DNA from: Candidatus Omnitrophota bacterium
Lineage (GTDB): Bacteria > Omnitrophota > Gorgyraeia > Tantalellales > Tantalellaceae
Assembly: GCA_015231405.1 (NCBI GenBank)
Contig: JADGBR010000001.1
Location: forward strand, 219,964 to 283,963
Length of the DNA: 64,000 bases
Direction: 5' to 3'
Shown piece after piece: positions 58,652-64,000 of the stretch. Both the position numbers and the translations under genes were made by a program. Within the stretch, counting starts at the first letter, position 1, and every line of letters starts with the position of its first letter. Below the pieces are notes generated by a model. The model was not told the origin of the DNA, did no database searches, and worked only from the letters and a program-made list of their open reading frames with translations.

Positions 58652-58716
58652 CCAGTAACCAGAAAACAGATGGGGACGCTTCATTCCTTTACTCTGGTAA
58701 CTGGTTTCTGGTTACT
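58641..58716. repeat. Heptamer inverted-repeat element (GTAACCA / TGGTTAC family), copy 2
   Basis: GAAAACA GTAACCA GTAACCA GAAAACA ... TGGTAAC TGGTTTC TGGTTAC T; ispG stop lies in the left arm. Confidence 0.88.
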
Positions 58717-58760
58717 AAGCTTTAAAGGGGTATTTAAATGGTGCAAACGAGGAGACAAAT

Positions 58761-60479
58761 ATGAGATGGTCACGTTCATTCATCCCGACTATCAAAGAAG
58801 ACCCGCAGGAAGCTGAGGCCATAAGCCATAAGCTTATGGTGCGGGCGGGCCTGATCCGAAGGCTGACAGCAGGAGCCTATTCATATCTGCCCATGGGGTT
58901 TAGAGCCCTGGAAAAAGCGCAGAAAATAATCTCCGAAGAAATGAACGCGGCAGGGGCCGCACAGCTCCTCATGCCTGCTCTTCAGCCTATCGAGCTTTGG
59001 GAACGGACCGGCAGGGATAAGGTGATCGGTGACGTTATGATAAGGTTCATCGACCGGCATGGAAGGCAAATAGCGCTTGGACCGACACACGAGGAAGTTG
59101 TAACGGATATCGTTGCCCATGAAGTACGTTCCTATAAGGACCTGCCCGTCATACTTTATCAGATACAGTCGAAATTCAGGGATGAGATCAGGCCGCGTTT
59201 CGGGGTTGTCAGGAGCTCGGAGTTCATAATGAAGGACGCGTATAGTTTCGATGTTGACGCGGAAGGTCTTGAGGAAAGCTATAAAAAAATGTTTGCGGCT
59301 TATTGCAGGATATTTGAAAGATGCGCTCTTCCTTATGTGCCGGTAGAGGCCGATTCCGGCATGATGGGCGGCAGCGTATCGCATGAGTTCATGGTACCTT
59401 CGGAGATCGGAGAAGACAGGATAGCGGTGTGCTCTTCGTGTAAATACTCGGCTAGTCTTGAAGTCGCCCCAGTCGTCCATAATGAGGACGATCCTGGAAT
59501 GAACAGTGCGAAAGATGTTCTAGGAGAGGTTTCGACGCCTGGCTCGAGTTCAGTCAAGGATGTCAGCGCTTATTTGAAAGTTAAGGAATCAGATCTAATT
59601 AAGACACTGATATTTAAGGCGGATGACATCCCGCTCGCTGTCCTTCTTAGGGGAGACCATGACGCGAACGAAACAAAGATAAAAAAAGAGCTTGGTATAC
59701 GCACGCTTTCTCTCGCAGACGCCGCTCTGGTAGAGAAAGTTACCGGCGGGGCTATGGGGTTTTCCGGGCCTTTAGGGCTATCTATTCCGGTGTATGCCGA
59801 CAACTCGATAAGGGAAGCGAAGAACTGGGTAGCGGGAGCTAATAAAAAAGATACGCATCTCGTTAATGTTTGTAATGACCGGGATTTTAAAGTCAGCAAG
59901 TTCATTGACGCGCGCCTTATTACGGGGGATGATCCGTGTCCAAAATGCGGAAAGAAAATCGAGGTCAAGAACGCCGTAGAGATAGGGCATACATTCAAGT
60001 TGGGAACAAAATATTCCGAGCCGCTCGGAGCCGGCTACCTGGATAGGAACGGCGTACAAAAGCCTATAGTGATGGGTTGTTATGGAATTGGTGTGAACAG
60101 GATATTAGCTACATGCATAGAAACATCGCACGATAAGGACGGGATAATCTGGCCGAAGAGTCTTGCGCCGTTCGCAGTTGTCGTGATCCCCCTGAACAGG
60201 GACGACGCCGAGGTCAGCAGAATATCGGAAAAAATATACGCGGAACTATTAAGAGAGAATGTGGAGGTCCTCCTGGATGACAGAGACAACAAATCACCCG
60301 GAGTAAAGTTCAAGGATTCTGATCTTGTAGGGTTCCCGCTGCAGGTAATAATAGGTAAAAAAAGTCTGGAGAACGGGAAAATTGAAATTAAAACTCGAAA
60401 AACAGGAGAAAAAAGTCTGGTTGATATCGATATGGCCGTTACATGCATAAAAAAAATGGTATCGAACGCTGTTTCTTGA
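58761..60479 (+). CDS. proS: Prolyl-tRNA synthetase (bacterial type with INS editing domain)
   Basis: LGPTHEE, KFRDEIRPRFG, EFIMKDAYSF, EIGHTFKLGTKYS, MGCYGIGV.R. Confidence 0.97.
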   Translation: MRWSRSFIPTIKEDPQEAEAISHKLMVRAGLIRRLTAGAYSYLPMGFRALEKAQKIISEEMNAAGAAQLLMPALQPIELWERTGRDKVIGDVMIRFIDRHGRQIALGPTHEEVVTDIVAHEVRSYKDLPVILYQIQSKFRDEIRPRFGVVRSSEFIMKDAYSFDVDAEGLEESYKKMFAAYCRIFERCALPYVPVEADSGMMGGSVSHEFMVPSEIGEDRIAVCSSCKYSASLEVAPVVHNEDDPGMNSAKDVLGEVSTPGSSSVKDVSAYLKVKESDLIKTLIFKADDIPLAVLLRGDHDANETKIKKELGIRTLSLADAALVEKVTGGAMGFSGPLGLSIPVYADNSIREAKNWVAGANKKDTHLVNVCNDRDFKVSKFIDARLITGDDPCPKCGKKIEVKNAVEIGHTFKLGTKYSEPLGAGYLDRNGVQKPIVMGCYGIGVNRILATCIETSHDKDGIIWPKSLAPFAVVVIPLNRDDAEVSRISEKIYAELLRENVEVLLDDRDNKSPGVKFKDSDLVGFPLQVIIGKKSLENGKIEIKTRKTGEKSLVDIDMAVTCIKKMVSNAVS

Positions 60480-60497
60480 TGTTAAGATTTATTAAAG

Positions 60498-60526
60498 TTG
60501 CCAGTTTATTGCTCCTCTGTTATAAT
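60498..60526 (+). promoter_or_regulatory. Putative sigma70 promoter of the PilZ gene
   Basis: TTGCCA-17 nt-TATAAT with TG extension. Confidence 0.65.
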
Positions 60527-60559
60527 GCAATTGTTAGATAACTGACAAAAGGGGTTGAA

Positions 60560-60895
60560 ATGATAGAAAGAAGAAAGCACCTGAGGCTTCAGCTTAACCA
60601 TAAGATCTTGTTCAGGGACTCATCGAAAGAAACGCCATACCATAGCGAAGGCATAGGTTCTTCATTTGATGTTTCAAGGGGGGGCTTAAGGGTGAACCTG
60701 AATTCTCCGATCACCGTAGGTAAAAAACTCGACCTAACCATAATGAATAATTCCAAGGATGAACCCGTTTCGGCCTTAGCGCAAGTTGTTTGGAGCAGGT
60801 TGAACGAGGACAGCTCTTATACTGCCGGAATGAAATTCATGAAAATAGGATGGACGGAGAGCGACAAACTGTTCGCTCCCGCTAATCAGGCCTAG
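60560..60895 (+). CDS. Stand-alone PilZ-domain protein (c-di-GMP receptor)
   Basis: ERRKHLR (RxxxR) and DVSRGG (D/NxSxxG), A.VVW, G.KF. Confidence 0.88.
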   Translation: MIERRKHLRLQLNHKILFRDSSKETPYHSEGIGSSFDVSRGGLRVNLNSPITVGKKLDLTIMNNSKDEPVSALAQVVWSRLNEDSSYTAGMKFMKIGWTESDKLFAPANQA

Positions 60896-60958
60896 TACCT
60901 CGTACCCGCACCGTATTTCATATCTCAGGTCAAATACCGATCCATCCCAATTACAGAC

Positions 60959-60986
60959 TTGACATAACCTATTTTCTCCATATAAT
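60959..60986 (+). promoter_or_regulatory. sigma70 promoter of rimP-nusA-infB
   Basis: Perfect TTGACA-16 nt-TATAAT. Confidence 0.75.
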
Positions 60987-61007
60987 AGGATAATCGTACC
61001 GGAATAT

Positions 61008-61037
61008 ATAAGTGGGCAGATGCCCACTTATTTTTTT
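61008..61037 (+). terminator. rimP-leader intrinsic terminator/attenuator
   Basis: ATAAGTGGGC-AGAT-GCCCACTTAT followed by a T run, between the promoter and rimP. Confidence 0.75.
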
Positions 61038-61090
61038 CAAGGCAGGCCATTGTCTTTTACTATCGCACTTAAAAAGATAAGAGTACTAAT

Positions 61091-61549
61091 ATGAAGAATG
61101 TGGAATATGAAGACCAAATACGAGATTTTATTGAATTGACTGCTGGTAGTAAGGGTTTTTTTTTATTGGATATATTCAGGAAGGACAACAGGATAGAAAT
61201 AATCCTCGATAGAACGAACGGTATAACCCTTGACGAATGTGCATCTTTCAACAGGGCCGTAGTGAAATGGATGGAAGAAAATGACAAGATCCCTGATAAT
61301 TTGATTGTTGATGTTTGTTCTCCGGGATTAGACCGGGAATTAAAGAAAACAAGAGATTTTCAATGGGCCTCCGGTAAACACGTGCATATAATTACCCGTG
61401 AACCTGTTGGAGGAAAACGGGAGGTCTACGGGATATTGACCCTCAAAGAGGAAGGCGTCGATATCCTGACAGAAGAAAACGGGTTGACACTTTCTATCCC
61501 GTTCGGCAATATTGTCAAAGCGAGATTGTTTCCTAGTCTGTTCAAATAA
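61091..61549 (+). CDS. rimP: Ribosome maturation factor
   Basis: GITLDEC, V.SPGLDREL...DF, I.KARL; upstream of nusA. Confidence 0.92.
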   Translation: MKNVEYEDQIRDFIELTAGSKGFFLLDIFRKDNRIEIILDRTNGITLDECASFNRAVVKWMEENDKIPDNLIVDVCSPGLDRELKKTRDFQWASGKHVHIITREPVGGKREVYGILTLKEEGVDILTEENGLTLSIPFGNIVKARLFPSLFK

Positions 61550-61564
61550 TATGGAGATCATACA

Positions 61565-62797
61565 ATGAATGGCGAATTATTGACGGCTTTAGAGAATCTT
61601 GAAAGGGAAAAAGGGATAAGTAAAGAAGTTCTTTTTTCCGCTATTGAAAGCGCTCTTGCCAGCGCGGCGTATAAGATCCTGGATAACCCGAACTTATCCA
61701 AGGAAAGTATATCCGTAGTGATGGACAGGTCCACAGGCAACATCACGGTCTTTAACGGAGACGAGGAGATAAGGAGCACCAGGTTCGGCAGGATAGCCGC
61801 CCAGACGGCCAAGCAGATCATGATCCAAAAGATCCGGGAAGCCGAAAGGTCCGTGATCTTCGATAAATATTCGGAAAAGGTCGGTGAGATAATCAACGGC
61901 GCCGTGCACAGGTTCGAGAAGGGGAATATCGTGGTCGAGCTGGACGAAGCCGAAGCTATCCTTCCTAAAAATGAGCAGCTTCCCAGGGAGAAATTCAGGC
62001 AGGGGCAAACGATAAGGGCGTATTTGCTCGAAGTACAGAAAAAGACCGGTAACCTGGACCTGATATTATCGAGGGCGCACGCCGGTTTTGTTAAAAAGCT
62101 TTTCGAAATGGAAGTTCCAGAAATAGCACAGGGGATCGTTACGATACGTTCGATAGCCCGGGAACCCGGCGACAGGACAAAGATCGCCGTATGGTCCCAT
62201 GACGATAAGATCGACGCCGTTGGCGCATGCGTCGGGATGCGTGGCGCAAGGGTCAAGGAGATCGTCCAGGAGCTTAACGGAGAAAGGATAGACATAATCA
62301 GGTGGAACGACGATATACAGGAATTCGTGCAGGCCGCGGTAAGTCCGGTGGAATTATACAGCATGGAGATCGACAGGGATAAACGCGAAATAAAGGTGAC
62401 AGTCGCTAAAGACCAGCTGGCTCTGCTTATCGGCAAAAAAGGGAGGAATATACGGCTGGCGTCCAGGTTGATCGGTTGGGAAATTAAAGCCGATTCCGTT
62501 ATAGAGACTGTCAATGTATCTATAGAATCCATAAACGCTATCGGCGATGAAGATAAGAAACGCCTGCTAGACGCGGGATATGCCGGAACAGAAAAGTTAA
62601 TTGAGGCCGGGGTGGAGATCTTGTCCAAAATCGAAGGTTTTAGCCCCGAAAAAGCTAAAAAGATCATCGAGATATGCGAAAAAGCCGCCGGTGAAAGCGC
62701 AAAGGAACAGTCGGCGGAAGAAACTGTAGCTGGAACAGAGACTGAAGAGGATAGTTCGGGCGTGGAGAGCACTCAGGATGTAAAGCCCGAGGATTAG
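61565..62797 (+). CDS. nusA: Transcription termination/antitermination factor
   Basis: [12 protein letters not shown]1, [25 protein letters not shown]; acidic HhH-like tail. Confidence 0.97.
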   Translation: MNGELLTALENLEREKGISKEVLFSAIESALASAAYKILDNPNLSKESISVVMDRSTGNITVFNGDEEIRSTRFGRIAAQTAKQIMIQKIREAERSVIFDKYSEKVGEIINGAVHRFEKGNIVVELDEAEAILPKNEQLPREKFRQGQTIRAYLLEVQKKTGNLDLILSRAHAGFVKKLFEMEVPEIAQGIVTIRSIAREPGDRTKIAVWSHDDKIDAVGACVGMRGARVKEIVQELNGERIDIIRWNDDIQEFVQAAVSPVELYSMEIDRDKREIKVTVAKDQLALLIGKKGRNIRLASRLIGWEIKADSVIETVNVSIESINAIGDEDKKRLLDAGYAGTEKLIEAGVEILSKIEGFSPEKAKKIIEICEKAAGESAKEQSAEETVAGTETEEDSSGVESTQDVKPED

Positions 62798-62817
62798 AAC
62801 GATACCGGAAGGGGAAA

Positions 62818-64000
62818 ATGAGCATAAAAGTAAAAGAGCTTGCGTCAGAGTTGGGGATAAAGAGCGAAGAGCTCATGGATTTTCTAAAAAAACTATATCT
62901 CGATATTGCCGACGAGAATAGTCCGGTCGAGGATAAAATAGCCGGTCTTGTCCGCATTAAGCTCGGTAAAGGCCCTGAAAAGAAGAAAAAGGTCCCCGTC
63001 AAAACCGCAAAAGTTCCAAAGAATAAAGACGTTGATCTCTCTCTCCCGGAGGACGATAAGGGGATACCGTCAAAAGATACTAAAAAGAAGTCCGAAAAAG
63101 TTCAGGAAGAGGATAAAGAAGCGTCACCCAAAAAGCCCGTCGAACCGGTGGTCGAAACACCGGTTTCCAAGCCGGAGGAAACGATGATCGTTTCCGCTAA
63201 GGATTTCGATCAGCAGGGGCCTGTAAAGCCTATGCCCCGAAAGATGGACAGGGTCATCGTGGTGAGATCGGCGCTGGATGATCCCGAGGAAATTGCCAGG
63301 ATCAAAGCTGAGAAAGACGCCAAGGAAGCTAAGGAAGCCAAAGCCCAAAAGGATCAAAAACTTCCCAAGGATACGAAAGAGACCGCCGAAAGCAAGGGGC
63401 AGTCAGAGGTAAAAAGGATCAAACTCAGCCCGGATGCCATAAAATCAATAGAGCCTGAGGAAGAAAGCGTTGACGGTAAACGAAAGATAACGTTCGGTCA
63501 AAAAAAGTTTGTGAAGGGGGGTAGGGGAGCTCATGACTCCCCGTTCTCACACGGCCCCCGGAAAACACGGAAAGTATTTAAAGTTTTCAAGGAAGAGAAG
63601 CAGAGCGTCGCGTTCGAAGAGCTGAAACGCTTCGCCGGGACCGATTACCAGAAGGTTCAGCTGATTATGCCGACAGACATACGCTCAATAGCGGTAAAGT
63701 TGAATAAAAGACCGAACGATCTGATACAGTACCTTTTTACTAAAGGTTGCCTTGTCAACATCAACCAGCAGCTTGATGAAGCTTTGGTCAGGGATCTTTT
63801 AAAGGACCTCGGTTATGAACTTGAAATAACGATGACCATGGAAGAAGATCTCATGGCGGAACATCATGAGCAGGAGAAGGCGTATACGGTCTCCAGAGCT
63901 CCTGTCGTGACGTTCATGGGGCACGTCGATCACGGGAAAACATCCCTTCTTGATTATATCCGCAAAACAATGGTCACTAAGAAGGAAAAAGGAGGCATCA
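62818..64000 (+). CDS. infB: Translation initiation factor IF-2 (3' truncated by window edge)
   Basis: ATG 62818 gives [13 protein letters not shown]; the same frame reads [21 protein letters not shown]...EKGGI at the window end. Confidence 0.95.
   Translation, partial: MSIKVKELASELGIKSEELMDFLKKLYLDIADENSPVEDKIAGLVRIKLGKGPEKKKKVPVKTAKVPKNKDVDLSLPEDDKGIPSKDTKKKSEKVQEEDKEASPKKPVEPVVETPVSKPEETMIVSAKDFDQQGPVKPMPRKMDRVIVVRSALDDPEEIARIKAEKDAKEAKEAKAQKDQKLPKDTKETAESKGQSEVKRIKLSPDAIKSIEPEEESVDGKRKITFGQKKFVKGGRGAHDSPFSHGPRKTRKVFKVFKEEKQSVAFEELKRFAGTDYQKVQLIMPTDIRSIAVKLNKRPNDLIQYLFTKGCLVNINQQLDEALVRDLLKDLGYELEITMTMEEDLMAEHHEQEKAYTVSRAPVVTFMGHVDHGKTSLLDYIRKTMVTKKEKGGI

Noticed and set aside
60895-60926. 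GTACCTC GTACCCG ... GTATTTC ATATCTC partial heptamer run
   Set aside because: Only one arm and broken register; too weak to count as a family member.
61558-62772. 404-aa minus-strand ORF (and other long antisense ORFs such as 29210-30001, 53063-53716, 55482-56132)
   Set aside because: Shadow ORFs fully antisense to well-conserved genes, with no recognisable motifs.
63319-63345. GCCAAGGAA/GCTAAGGAA 9-mer repeat
   Set aside because: It encodes AKEAKEAK in the ordinary low-complexity IF-2 linker.

Overview
A 64-kb stretch of bacterial core chromosome. All ~62 real CDSs lie on the + strand. Gene content indicates a diderm, LPS-making organism, and the gene order is suggestive of Candidatus Omnitrophota/PVC (inference only). 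In order: cysS(partial)-tmk-holB-ricT-metG-MGMT-TatD/rSAM-CAAX protease-mtnA-thiL-tsaE-tsaB-alr; ilvBNC-leuA-aroE-pilD-aroC-aroK(fused to PAS+HD-GYP)-dprA-topA-xerC; a large Kdo/lipid A/core-LPS block (waaA, lpxK, acyltransferase-ELM1 fusion, GT4/GT9 genes, trxA, rfaE1, kdsBADC, queDCEF, lpxL-like, lptC/A fusion, lptB); hpf-tig-clpP-aminotransferase-serA-orphan-purA; uppS-cdsA-dxr-rseP-ispG-proS-PilZ-rimP-nusA-infB(partial). I saw no rRNA, tRNA, CRISPR array, prophage or transposase. The most unusual non-coding signal is a set of at least eight short intergenic elements made of degenerate 7-nt tandem repeats whose two arms are reverse complements. They use several different heptamers but one architecture, sit between an upstream stop codon and the downstream RBS, and carry AG every 7 nt in the 5' arm. 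The most unusual protein is the shikimate kinase-PAS-HD-GYP fusion. All protein calls come from motif recognition by eye; no database searches were run.
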